Positions 1 to 8,491 of a stretch of 64,000 nucleotides of DNA are shown in pieces. The translations under genes were made by a program, and so were the position numbers. The DNA is taken from contig JAILRE010000063.1 in the NCBI GenBank assembly GCA_024698505.1, positions 49,615 through 113,614 on the forward strand. The letters run 5' to 3'. The stretch is from Clostridiales bacterium (lineage in GTDB: Bacteria > Bacillota > Clostridia > Christensenellales > CAG-138). Numbering within the stretch: position 1 is the first letter of the stretch; every line of letters begins with the position of its first letter. The notes beneath the pieces are model-generated. The model saw only the letters and a list, made by a program, of their open reading frames with translations. It was not told the origin of the DNA and made no database searches.

Positions 1-645
1 CACGGGCTTACCCTTCGCAAGCTCCTCTATGCGGACAAGGTCACGCTTGACGGCCTTGAGGACGTGCCGACTTTCGCGATCTCCGGCACTCCCGCGGACT
101 GCGTAAGGCTCAGCGTGGGCAATCTCGGATCGAAGCCGGACGTTATAATCTCAGGCATAAACCACGCCCCGAATCTCGGCTCCGACGCGGTTTATTCCGG
201 CACGGTTTCTGCCGCGATAGAGGGATACATGATAGGCATACCGTCCATCGCTGTTTCCAAGGATAAATTCGACGCCGAATACATGGACGAGGCCGCCGCG
301 TTCTTTACCGATATGCTTCCCGATCTAATGCGCTTCTTCGACGACGGAGAGGGAATGCTCAGCGTCAACGTTCCCTCGACAAGGCGGAGCGAGTATAAGG
401 GCGTCAGAGTTGCGGGCATAGCCCTGCAGACCTATTCCCTAACCTATGCCGAAGAGCTGCAGGATGACGGCAGGATCGCATACAGGGTCAAGAGCGAGAA
501 GCTGACCGAATGCGGCGAGGACGACGATACGGATGAGAAGATGATGCGTTTGGGTTTCGTCGTAGTAACGCCTTTGACCTATGATATCACGGAGCTCAAG
601 CGCTTCGGCAAGGCAAAGGCCATGTTCGAGAGGGATTTCGCATGA
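1..645 (+). CDS. surE: 5'/3'-nucleotidase SurE, 5'-truncated by the window edge
   Basis: The frame is open from base 1 (HGLTLRKLLYADKVTLDGLEDVPTFAISGTPADCVRL...). SurE-typical GTPADCV and SGINHAPNLG motifs are present. The stop overlaps the next start (ATGA). Confidence 0.85.
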   Translation, partial: HGLTLRKLLYADKVTLDGLEDVPTFAISGTPADCVRLSVGNLGSKPDVIISGINHAPNLGSDAVYSGTVSAAIEGYMIGIPSIAVSKDKFDAEYMDEAAAFFTDMLPDLMRFFDDGEGMLSVNVPSTRRSEYKGVRVAGIALQTYSLTYAEELQDDGRIAYRVKSEKLTECGEDDDTDEKMMRLGFVVVTPLTYDITELKRFGKAKAMFERDFA

Positions 646-1886
646 AGAGGATAGCTGTCATCGGCGCGGGCCCCGCGGGGCTGATCGCCGCGGCTTTTGC
701 CAAAACTCCCGATACGGAAGTGATACTGTTCGACCGAAACGAAAAGGTCGGCAAAAAGCTGTACCTTACCGGAAAGGGCAGATGCAACATAACGAACGCC
801 GCCGAAAAGGACGAGTTCATGCGGAACATACCGCGCAATCCCCGCTTTTTATACAGCGCGTTCGGCGGTTTTTTCAACAACGATATAATCGACCTGATCG
901 AATCAAACGGCGTCCCCACCAAGGTGGAAAGGGGAGGCAGAGTATTCCCAGAAAGCGATAAATCGAGCGACGTGATAAAGGCCCTGAACAACAACGCCAA
1001 AAACAAGGGCGTCGTTATAAGGCTCGATACCAGGGTAAAGGCCGTTGAAAAGGACGAAAACGGATTCACTGTCTCATTCTTCGGAAAGCCCGGGGAACGG
1101 TTCGACGCCGTGATAGTCGCGACGGGCGGCCTCAGCTACCCGTCGACCGGCTCCACCGGGGACGGATATTCCTTCGCGGAGGCCTTCGGGCATACCGTTG
1201 CGAAGCGCGTTCCTTCGCTCGTCTCGCTCGCTACGGAGGAGACCTGGGCGGGCGAGCTTGCGGGCCTGTCTCTGAAGAACGTAACGCTGACCGCCTTTAA
1301 GGGAAAAAACAAGGTCTATTCGGAGCTCGGCGAGATGCTCTTCACGCATACCGGCGTCAGCGGCCCACTGGTGCTAAGCGCCAGCGCGAGGATCGCCGAC
1401 GAGCCCGAGGGAGCCAGGCTCTTCATAGATATGAAGCCCGCGCTCGACGAGCAGACGCTCGAAGCGAGGATACTGCGCGATCTCGAGCAGAACAAGCACA
1501 AGCAGATGAAGAATGCGATACTCGGTCTTCTGCCTTCGAGGATGGTTCCGATAGCGCTCGATTTAGCGGGAATAGATCCCGAAAAGACCACGGACACGTT
1601 TACGAAAGCCGAAAGGCGAAGGCTCACGGCGACATTGAAGGCGATACCGCTTACCGTGAAAAAAGCGTCCTCTATGGAGGAGGCGATCATAACGAGAGGC
1701 GGCGTCAGCATAAGGGAGATCGATCCCAAAACGATGGGATCGAAGCTCGTACCGGGACTGTATTTTGCGGGCGAGGTGCTGGACGTCGACGCCTATACCG
1801 GCGGATTCAATCTGCAGATAGCATATTCCACCGGCGCTGCTGCCGGCAGGGCCGCTGCTGATATCACAAACGACGAATGGAGGTAG
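642..1886 (+). CDS. HI0933/YhiN (BaiN-like) family NAD(P)/FAD-dependent oxidoreductase
   Basis: N-terminal Rossmann motif IAVIGAGPAGL. GKGRCNITN and a C-terminal GEVLDVDAYTGGFNLQ block are typical of the HI0933 family. Confidence 0.8.
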   Translation: MKRIAVIGAGPAGLIAAAFAKTPDTEVILFDRNEKVGKKLYLTGKGRCNITNAAEKDEFMRNIPRNPRFLYSAFGGFFNNDIIDLIESNGVPTKVERGGRVFPESDKSSDVIKALNNNAKNKGVVIRLDTRVKAVEKDENGFTVSFFGKPGERFDAVIVATGGLSYPSTGSTGDGYSFAEAFGHTVAKRVPSLVSLATEETWAGELAGLSLKNVTLTAFKGKNKVYSELGEMLFTHTGVSGPLVLSASARIADEPEGARLFIDMKPALDEQTLEARILRDLEQNKHKQMKNAILGLLPSRMVPIALDLAGIDPEKTTDTFTKAERRRLTATLKAIPLTVKKASSMEEAIITRGGVSIREIDPKTMGSKLVPGLYFAGEVLDVDAYTGGFNLQIAYSTGAAAGRAAADITNDEWR

Positions 1887-1890
1887 TTTT

Positions 1891-2559
1891 ATGAAAAGAG
1901 TTTATTCGATAGCGATCGACGGCCCCGCGGGAGCGGGCAAGAGCACCGTTGCAAAGGGCGTCGCCGAAAGGCTCGGCATAGTCTACGTCGATACGGGCGC
2001 GATGTACCGCGCGATCGGCCTCAAGACCTTGAGGCTCGGCATCCCCTCGGATGACGAGAAGGCGGTAGAGCCGATACTCGATTCCACCTCCGTAACGATA
2101 GAATTCAAGGACGGCGCACAGCATATCTTCCTCGACGGAGAGGACGTCACCGGCCTCATCAGGACGCAGGACGTCTCCAACGCCGCGTCGAAGGTCAGCG
2201 CGATACCCGCCGTCAGGTATAAGCTCGTCGAGCTCCAGAGGAAGCTCGCGGAGGGCACGTCCCTCGCGATGGACGGCAGGGATATAGGCAATTACGTCCT
2301 GCCTAACGCTGAGTACAAGTTTTTCGTTACCGCCTCTCCCGAGCAGCGCGCTTCAAGAAGATACAGGGAGCTAAAGGAAAAGGGCCGCCTCAACGGCATG
2401 ACTTTCAACGAGCTCTATCTTGAAATGGTCGAGCGGGACAGGCGCGATTCGGGGAGGGAGTGCATGCCCCTCAAGAAGGCGCCCGACGCGGTCCTCGTCG
2501 ATACGACGTATCTTACGATCGAGGAGTCGATACAGGCGGTGCTTCGCTATATCGTTTAA
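1891..2559 (+). CDS. cmk: Cytidylate kinase
   Basis: IAIDGPAGAGKSTVAK P-loop, DTGAMYR motif, 222 aa, GGAGG RBS upstream. Confidence 0.9.
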   Translation: MKRVYSIAIDGPAGAGKSTVAKGVAERLGIVYVDTGAMYRAIGLKTLRLGIPSDDEKAVEPILDSTSVTIEFKDGAQHIFLDGEDVTGLIRTQDVSNAASKVSAIPAVRYKLVELQRKLAEGTSLAMDGRDIGNYVLPNAEYKFFVTASPEQRASRRYRELKEKGRLNGMTFNELYLEMVERDRRDSGRECMPLKKAPDAVLVDTTYLTIEESIQAVLRYIV

Positions 2560-2577
2560 CGAAACGGAGAGAGGAAA

Positions 2578-3177
2578 ATGCTTTACCTTTTCATCTACTT
2601 GTTCAAGCCGCTGATATACCTCGTTTTCCGGCCCAAGGTTTACGGGAACAAAAAGGCTTTGCGCACCAAGGGCAAGGTCATATTCATATGCAACCATATC
2701 CATATGCTGGATCCGATCTTGATCGCTCTCGTTTCGCCGAGGATCGTCCATTTCATGGCGAAGAAGGAGCTGTTCAAATCCAAGCTCGGCAACCTGTTTT
2801 TCAAGCTGTCGTATGTATTCCCGGTGGACAGGGGCACTGCGGATCTCAAATCCCTGAAACAGGCGCTTGCTTTGCTCGATAAGGGCAAGGCGTTCGGCAT
2901 TTTCCCCGAAGGCCGCCGCATGGTTGCCGACAGGATGGACGAATTCGAGCTCGGCACTTCGTTCATCGCGATGCGCTCTGGCGCGCCGGTGGTGCCGATC
3001 TATATCGCAAACGACGCTTACAGATCGTTCCGCTTCCGCATGATCGTCGGCGAGCCCATCTACGCCGCCGATTCCGCAATGAACGTATCGAGGCGCGAGA
3101 ACGAGGTCATATTCATGCAGCGCATGAGGAACGAGATGAACTCTCTTAAGAGGGAGCTTGAGGAGAAATGCAGCTGA
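2578..3177 (+). CDS. plsC: 1-acyl-sn-glycerol-3-phosphate acyltransferase family protein
   Basis: HxxxxD acyltransferase motif (NHIHMLD) and FPEGRR motif, with a hydrophobic N-terminus. Confidence 0.75.
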   Translation: MLYLFIYLFKPLIYLVFRPKVYGNKKALRTKGKVIFICNHIHMLDPILIALVSPRIVHFMAKKELFKSKLGNLFFKLSYVFPVDRGTADLKSLKQALALLDKGKAFGIFPEGRRMVADRMDEFELGTSFIAMRSGAPVVPIYIANDAYRSFRFRMIVGEPIYAADSAMNVSRRENEVIFMQRMRNEMNSLKRELEEKCS

Positions 3178-5465
3178 GACTTGCAAAAAACATGGGCTTC
3201 TGTTTCGGCGTAAGGAGGGCGGTCAACATCGCCGAAGACGCCGCGAAGGAGCGGGGCAAGGTCTATACCCTGGGTGAACTCATCCACAACAGGGACGTTG
3301 TTGACGAGCTTTCGAACAAGGGGATAATCCCGATCGACGATCTTTCGGAGCTCCCCGAGGGCGGAACGCTTATAATCAGGTCGCACGGCGTATCCCCTTC
3401 GATAATAAACGAATGCCGCGAGCGGGGGATAGAGTACATAGACTGCACCTGCCCGTTCGTGATGAAGATACACGATATCGTTTCCGAAGAGTACCTAAAC
3501 GGAAGCGTGATCGTTATATCGGGCGATCCGAAGCACCCGGAGGTCATTGGCATCAACGGCTGCTGCGATGATAAGGCATATTTCGTTAAAAATCCGGAGG
3601 ATGTCGAGGCCCTTTCGGGATCGATCCCCCCGCAGGAGAAGATATGCCTCGTTTCGCAGACCACGTTCGATCTTGCCGCGTTCAGAAGGATAGAGGCGGT
3701 TTTCAGGGAGCTTTTCAAAAACGGACGGGTGTTCAATACCGTATGCAGCACCACCGAGATCCGCCAGAAGGAGGCGGAGGAACTGAGCTCCGTCTGCGAC
3801 GTTATGTTTGTTTTGGGGGATAAGCACAGTTCCAACACTCAAAAACTGGCCGAAATTTGCAAAAATCGGTGCAAAATAGTCAAAAGAATTGCAAATATAA
3901 ATGATTTTCCTATTGATATTTCCAAGATAAATGGTATAATACTAGGAGTTGTTGCCGGTGCATCGACACCGGATTCGCTGATTAGGGAGGTTATTACAAG
4001 AATGAGCGAACTGGATAAGGCTAGTGTAGATACCTGTACAGCCGAAAACACTGAGACCGTGGCCGAAGAGGTCACTGAAACCGCAGCGCCCGTTGCGGCC
4101 GCTGCTGAAGAGCCCGTCGTTGAAGAGGGCGAAACCACCTTTGAGGAGGCTTTCGAAAAGACGCTGGTACGCATCCGTAATGGTCAGATACTTACCGGTT
4201 CCGTCGTTCAGATCGTCGATGGAGAGGTTTGTGTTAACATTGGATACAAGTCCGACGGCTTTATTCCCCGTGACGAGTTTTCCAGCGATCCCGATGTTGA
4301 CCCTGCTTCCGTAGTTTCCGTAGGCGATACGATCGAGGTCGAGGTTCTCAAGGTCAACGACGGTGAAGGCAACGTCCTGCTCTCCCGCAAGAACGTCGAG
4401 AGCAAGAAGGTATGGGAGCAGTTCTCTACCGATGCTGAGTCCGAGGGTAAGATCGTCGAGGCTATCGGTAAGGAAGTCGTTAAGGGCGGTCTGATCGCTG
4501 ATATAAACGGCATCAGGGCATTCATCCCCGCATCCCAGGTCTCCACCAAGTACATCGAGAAGCTTGACGAGTTCGTCGGTCAGCCGATGAACGTCAAGAT
4601 CATCGAAGTCGACAAGCAGCGCAAGCGCGTTGTCGCATCCCGCAAGGCTGTCCTCATTGCCGAGGCAGAAGAGGCCAAGCGCCAGAAGTGGGCGCAGCTT
4701 GAAGTCGGCTCCAAGGTCAAGGGCGTTGTACGCCGCCTTACCGATTTCGGCGCTTTCGTAGACATCGGCGGTATCGACGGTCTCGTTCATGTGACCGACG
4801 CCGCTTGGGGTCGTGTAAAGCACGTCAACGAGGTCCTCAAGGTCGGTCAGGAGATCGAGGTCCTCATACTGAACGTTGATGCTGAGAAGCAGAGGATCTC
4901 CCTCGGCTACAAGCAGCTTCAGCCCAAGCCCTGGACCATGGCCGGTGAGAAGTATCCCGTCGGTTCCATCGTAGAGGGCAAGGTCGTCCGCATCGTGACC
5001 TTCGGCGCTTTCGTCGCCCTTGAGCCCACGATCGACGGTCTCATCCACATTTCCCAGGTCGGTCCCAGGCGCGTGACCAAGGTCGAAGACGAGCTCAAGG
5101 TCGGCGACATTGTTCGCTGCAAGGTCCTCGAGGTCAACCCCGAGCAGCGCCGCATCAGCCTCAGCCGCAAGGAAGTCATCCTTGAGGAGAACCCCGAGAT
5201 CGCTGAGGAGATCGCCAAGGAAAAGCAGGAGCGCGAGCGTGAGCGTGCCGAGCGTGCCGAGAGGCGTGCTCAGGAGGAGCAGAACCGCCAGCAGCAGGCT
5301 CAGCAGCGTGAGGAGAAGCGCCGCGAGCGCAGCGAGCAGCGTCCCGAGAGGCGCCGTCGTGAGGACGCCGATTATGAGCTTCCTCCCGTACAGAGCTCCA
5401 CGACTTCTCTCGCCAATCTGTTCGGTGACCTTTCTTCCATCGCCACCGAGGAAGAGAACAACTGA
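3168..5465 (+). CDS. ispH-rpsA: Bifunctional 4-hydroxy-3-methylbut-2-enyl diphosphate reductase (IspH) / 30S ribosomal protein S1 fusion
   Basis: N-terminal IspH (MGFCFGVRRAV, three conserved Cys regions). An acidic linker follows, then four S1 repeats (G..V.G.V....FGAFV) and an Arg/Glu-rich tail. Confidence 0.85.
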   Translation: MQLRLAKNMGFCFGVRRAVNIAEDAAKERGKVYTLGELIHNRDVVDELSNKGIIPIDDLSELPEGGTLIIRSHGVSPSIINECRERGIEYIDCTCPFVMKIHDIVSEEYLNGSVIVISGDPKHPEVIGINGCCDDKAYFVKNPEDVEALSGSIPPQEKICLVSQTTFDLAAFRRIEAVFRELFKNGRVFNTVCSTTEIRQKEAEELSSVCDVMFVLGDKHSSNTQKLAEICKNRCKIVKRIANINDFPIDISKINGIILGVVAGASTPDSLIREVITRMSELDKASVDTCTAENTETVAEEVTETAAPVAAAAEEPVVEEGETTFEEAFEKTLVRIRNGQILTGSVVQIVDGEVCVNIGYKSDGFIPRDEFSSDPDVDPASVVSVGDTIEVEVLKVNDGEGNVLLSRKNVESKKVWEQFSTDAESEGKIVEAIGKEVVKGGLIADINGIRAFIPASQVSTKYIEKLDEFVGQPMNVKIIEVDKQRKRVVASRKAVLIAEAEEAKRQKWAQLEVGSKVKGVVRRLTDFGAFVDIGGIDGLVHVTDAAWGRVKHVNEVLKVGQEIEVLILNVDAEKQRISLGYKQLQPKPWTMAGEKYPVGSIVEGKVVRIVTFGAFVALEPTIDGLIHISQVGPRRVTKVEDELKVGDIVRCKVLEVNPEQRRISLSRKEVILEENPEIAEEIAKEKQERERERAERAERRAQEEQNRQQQAQQREEKRRERSEQRPERRRREDADYELPPVQSSTTSLANLFGDLSSIATEEENN

Positions 5466-5486
5466 GCAAACTGAATCAAAAATGAT

Positions 5487-5513
5487 AAACGGGTCCTTCG
5501 GGGCCCGTTTGTT
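5487..5513 (+). terminator. Rho-independent terminator after ispH-rpsA
   Basis: AAACGGGTCC-TTCG-GGGCCCGTTT is a 10-bp stem with one G-U pair and a TTCG loop, followed by a T-rich run. Confidence 0.6.
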
Positions 5514-5518
5514 ATTAC

Positions 5519-5545
5519 AAAAAACCCCGCCTTTCAGCGGGGTTT
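5519..5545 (-). terminator. Rho-independent terminator for the minus-strand lipoprotein gene
   Basis: On the minus strand AAACCCCGC-TGAAAG-GCGGGGTTT is followed by TTTTTT, immediately after the stop at 5560. Confidence 0.6.
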
Positions 5546-5559
5546 GATCATGTTGTTCT

Positions 5560-6942
5560 TTATTTTTCGGAGGGCACGAACTTGGCCTTGATGGTCGCGG
5601 TGTCGGTCTCAACTGCGTATTCCGTCTTCCACTGCTCCTCAAGCTCCGCGCTGAGGTCCTTCAGGCGGTTGGTCTTGACGGCGGAGACCCAGCTCTTCCA
5701 AACCTCGTCGCCGACGGTGTAATCGACGTTTCCGGTCTTGTATTCCTTGTTGACGATAAGATAATGTACGCCGAACTCGGAACTGAACTTGACCACCTTG
5801 GTTCCGTCAAGAAGAGTGAAGTATGTCAGCTCGGGGATATAGGGCTGCGCGGAGGAATCGGGATCGACGTCGATTGTCCATTCGCCTTCGTGCAGGTTCA
5901 TGGCGGCGTAGACGAAACCGTCGTAGTAATCGTCGAGCAGATCCGCATGGATGAGGTATCCGTTCTTTGCGAAGGCGCCTTCCTCCATGCCGGGATCGTC
6001 GCCGTATTCCGAAACGAGCTCCATGAACGCGGCAAAATCGGCGGTGTTCGGGAGCGCCGCCTCGATCTTGGCCTCGTCCTCGGCGCAGCTTTCCTTGTCG
6101 TAGGTCTCGGAGCCGTCATCGTCGGTATCGACAGTATAAGCGAGATAGATGTGATTGACGGAGAAGCAGTCCTTGATGAAGCAGACGGGGGAAGGCCCCT
6201 GCCCGGAGCAATAACCCATGTAGATCTGATTGAAGTCGGACATGGTCATCGCGCTCTCGGCTTCGGCTTCGTCCTCAATGTATTTATTTACGTCCTCGTC
6301 GCTTACCGTTATGCCGTTCTCAAGCTCGTCAAAGTATTTGCCGATTATCCTGTAATAACGCATATTTCCTTTGGCGAGCCTTGTAAAGGATTCGTAATCG
6401 AGGCCGTCGGCTTCAAGATCCTTGCTGAGGAGCTTTATGGCTTCCTCGGTCTTGTTTTCGACTTCGTCTCCGAGCCCTTCGGAATACCTTGCGATGAGCG
6501 AGTCGAGCTGGGCGTTGTACTCCTCTTCAAGCTCGGCTTCCTCCTCCGCGTTGAGCTCCGTGCCCGCGTCGATGGCCGCGTTGACCGCGCGCATGAAGGA
6601 CGAGACCTCTTCGATAACGGAATCGCAGTACTGATCGGCGCTCATAAGGCCGTACATATAGTACTGAAGGTACTTGCCGTTATAGTAGGACTGGCCGAAA
6701 TCGAAGAGCGTGATATCGATATGCTTCGAGGTCATAACGATGGTGTTGCCGTCGAAAACAACGGCCTCCGTCGGGGCAGCCGTGTCTGCGGGCATGGGCT
6801 CTGCGGATGCTTTTTCGGTATCGTCGGGAACGTTCACGCTGCCGTTGAGCCTGCACCCGCCGAATACGGAGATAATGAGCATTATGCAGATAACGGCGGC
6901 TAATGCCGGATGGAAACATTTTATTTTCATTTGATGAAGCAT
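5560..6942 (-). CDS. Putative PrsA/SurA-like foldase lipoprotein with a divergent PpiC-type parvulin region
   Basis: Signal peptide with a lipobox-like FGGC. The C-terminal part resembles a parvulin (VNHIYLAY ... FAAFMELVSEYGDDPGM ... FGVHYLIV). The start could be 6942 or 6930. Confidence 0.45.
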   Translation of the reverse strand: MLHQMKIKCFHPALAAVICIMLIISVFGGCRLNGSVNVPDDTEKASAEPMPADTAAPTEAVVFDGNTIVMTSKHIDITLFDFGQSYYNGKYLQYYMYGLMSADQYCDSVIEEVSSFMRAVNAAIDAGTELNAEEEAELEEEYNAQLDSLIARYSEGLGDEVENKTEEAIKLLSKDLEADGLDYESFTRLAKGNMRYYRIIGKYFDELENGITVSDEDVNKYIEDEAEAESAMTMSDFNQIYMGYCSGQGPSPVCFIKDCFSVNHIYLAYTVDTDDDGSETYDKESCAEDEAKIEAALPNTADFAAFMELVSEYGDDPGMEEGAFAKNGYLIHADLLDDYYDGFVYAAMNLHEGEWTIDVDPDSSAQPYIPELTYFTLLDGTKVVKFSSEFGVHYLIVNKEYKTGNVDYTVGDEVWKSWVSAVKTNRLKDLSAELEEQWKTEYAVETDTATIKAKFVPSEK

Positions 6943-7026
6943 GCTCCTTTTGGATTTATACTCCCCATTATACCAAAGCTTTGTGTCAATTCAAGTATTT
7001 TGTTTGGCAGCCGTTTTTCATTTATG

Positions 7027-7055
7027 TTGAAAGGGCAGCTTTTTTGTAGTATAAT
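7027..7055 (+). promoter_or_regulatory. Sigma-A-type promoter upstream of miaB
   Basis: TTGAAA, a 17-nt spacer, then TATAAT, located about 30 nt upstream of the miaB ATG. Confidence 0.4.
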
Positions 7056-7084
7056 AAAATGAATATTTGTGTACGGAGGTTCGA

Positions 7085-8476
7085 ATGGAACCCAAATTTG
7101 TCGATCAGAAAACCATAGACGAATCGTATGCGGCGATAGAGCGTCTTCGCGAAAGGCTGATGGGCGCGCATCCCCGTTACTTTATCGAGACCTACGGCTG
7201 CCAGATGAACGAGCATGATTCCGAAAAGATCGCAGGTATGCTCGAGGCGATAGGCTTCGTCGGTACGGACGAGAAGTCCTCAGCCGATCTTATACTCTTC
7301 AACACCTGCTGTATCAGGGATCACGCCGAGAAGAGGACTTTCGGCAACGTAGGCTTCATCAAGGAGCTGAAGGAAGCCAATCCCGCCCTTATCACCGCCG
7401 TCTGCGGATGCATGATGCAGCAGAAGGAGGTCGCCAAAAGGCTTGCCGCGAGGTTCCCGTTCGTCGATATGATATTCGGAACGAACGAGCTCCACGTTTT
7501 CCCGCAGATGCTTGAAAAGGTCATGAACGGCGGCCGCGTTTTCGAGATAAAGGATATCGAAGGCGAGATAGCGGAGGGCCTTCCCATAAAGCGGAACGAG
7601 GGCTTCTCGACGTTCGTCAACATCATGTACGGCTGCAACAATTTCTGCTCGTACTGCATAGTGCCGTACGTCCGCGGCCGCGAACGCTCGAGAAGAGCCG
7701 AGGACATCATCGGCGAAGTCCGCTGCGTAGTCTCCCAGGGCTTCACTGAGGTCACGCTTTTAGGGCAGAACGTCAACTCGTATAACGATAACGGGACGAG
7801 GTTCCCGGAGCTTTTGAGGCGCGTCAACGAGGTCGAGGGATTAAAGAGGCTGAGGTTCATGACTTCGCATCCGAAGGATCTCTCCCATGAACTTGTGATG
7901 GCGATGGCCGAATGCAGCAAGGTCTGCGAGCATATCCATCTGCCGGTTCAATCCGGAAGCAACCGCATACTGCAGCTCATGAACAGGCGTTATACCAGGG
8001 AAAAGTATCTCGATCTCGTCCGCGATCTGCGTGAGAACGTGAAGGGCATAGAGATAACGACCGATATAATCGTCGGCTTCCCGACGGAGACGGAAGAGGA
8101 TCTTGAGGATACGCTCTCCCTTGTGAGGGAGGTCGGATTCTCCGCGGCGTATTCGTTTGCTTATTCCGTCAGGGAGGGCACGAAGGCCGCCGTTATGGAG
8201 GGGCAGATCCCAGAGAGCGTCAAAAAGGAGCGCCTTGCCAGGCTGAACTCCGTGATAATGGAGTCGGTAAACGGCGCGAACGACAAATACATCGGCCGCG
8301 AGGGCGAGATACTTATCGAGGGGCGCGATATGCGCGGCGAGCCGATGATGTTCGGCAAGCTCGGCAGCCTGAAGATGGTCTACGTCAAGGGCGACGAAAG
8401 CATGATAGGCAATTACTATAAAGTGAGGATAACGGGAACGAGGTTCAACTCCCTCGTCGGAGAATTGATCGACTGA
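7085..8476 (+). CDS. miaB: tRNA-2-methylthio-N6-dimethylallyladenosine synthase (radical SAM methylthiotransferase)
   Basis: YFIETYGCQMNEHDSE N-terminal domain, radical-SAM CSYCIVP motif, C-terminal TRAM. ATG 7085 has GGAGG 5 nt upstream; the ORF-track TTG at 7067 lacks an RBS. Confidence 0.9.
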   Translation: MEPKFVDQKTIDESYAAIERLRERLMGAHPRYFIETYGCQMNEHDSEKIAGMLEAIGFVGTDEKSSADLILFNTCCIRDHAEKRTFGNVGFIKELKEANPALITAVCGCMMQQKEVAKRLAARFPFVDMIFGTNELHVFPQMLEKVMNGGRVFEIKDIEGEIAEGLPIKRNEGFSTFVNIMYGCNNFCSYCIVPYVRGRERSRRAEDIIGEVRCVVSQGFTEVTLLGQNVNSYNDNGTRFPELLRRVNEVEGLKRLRFMTSHPKDLSHELVMAMAECSKVCEHIHLPVQSGSNRILQLMNRRYTREKYLDLVRDLRENVKGIEITTDIIVGFPTETEEDLEDTLSLVREVGFSAAYSFAYSVREGTKAAVMEGQIPESVKKERLARLNSVIMESVNGANDKYIGREGEILIEGRDMRGEPMMFGKLGSLKMVYVKGDESMIGNYYKVRITGTRFNSLVGELID

Positions 8477-8491
8477 GAAACGGGTGGTAAT

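Noticed and set aside
64-645. The ORF-track start (GTG at 64) for surE.
   Set aside because: The frame is open to base 1 and the upstream residues continue the SurE fold. The gene is truncated by the window edge rather than starting at 64.
3942-5642. 566-aa minus-strand ORF antisense to ispH-rpsA.
   Set aside because: Its translation is low-complexity (L/G/D/A-rich) with no recognisable domain or RBS. It is a shadow of the strongly supported plus-strand S1 repeats and typical of a GC-rich antisense open frame.
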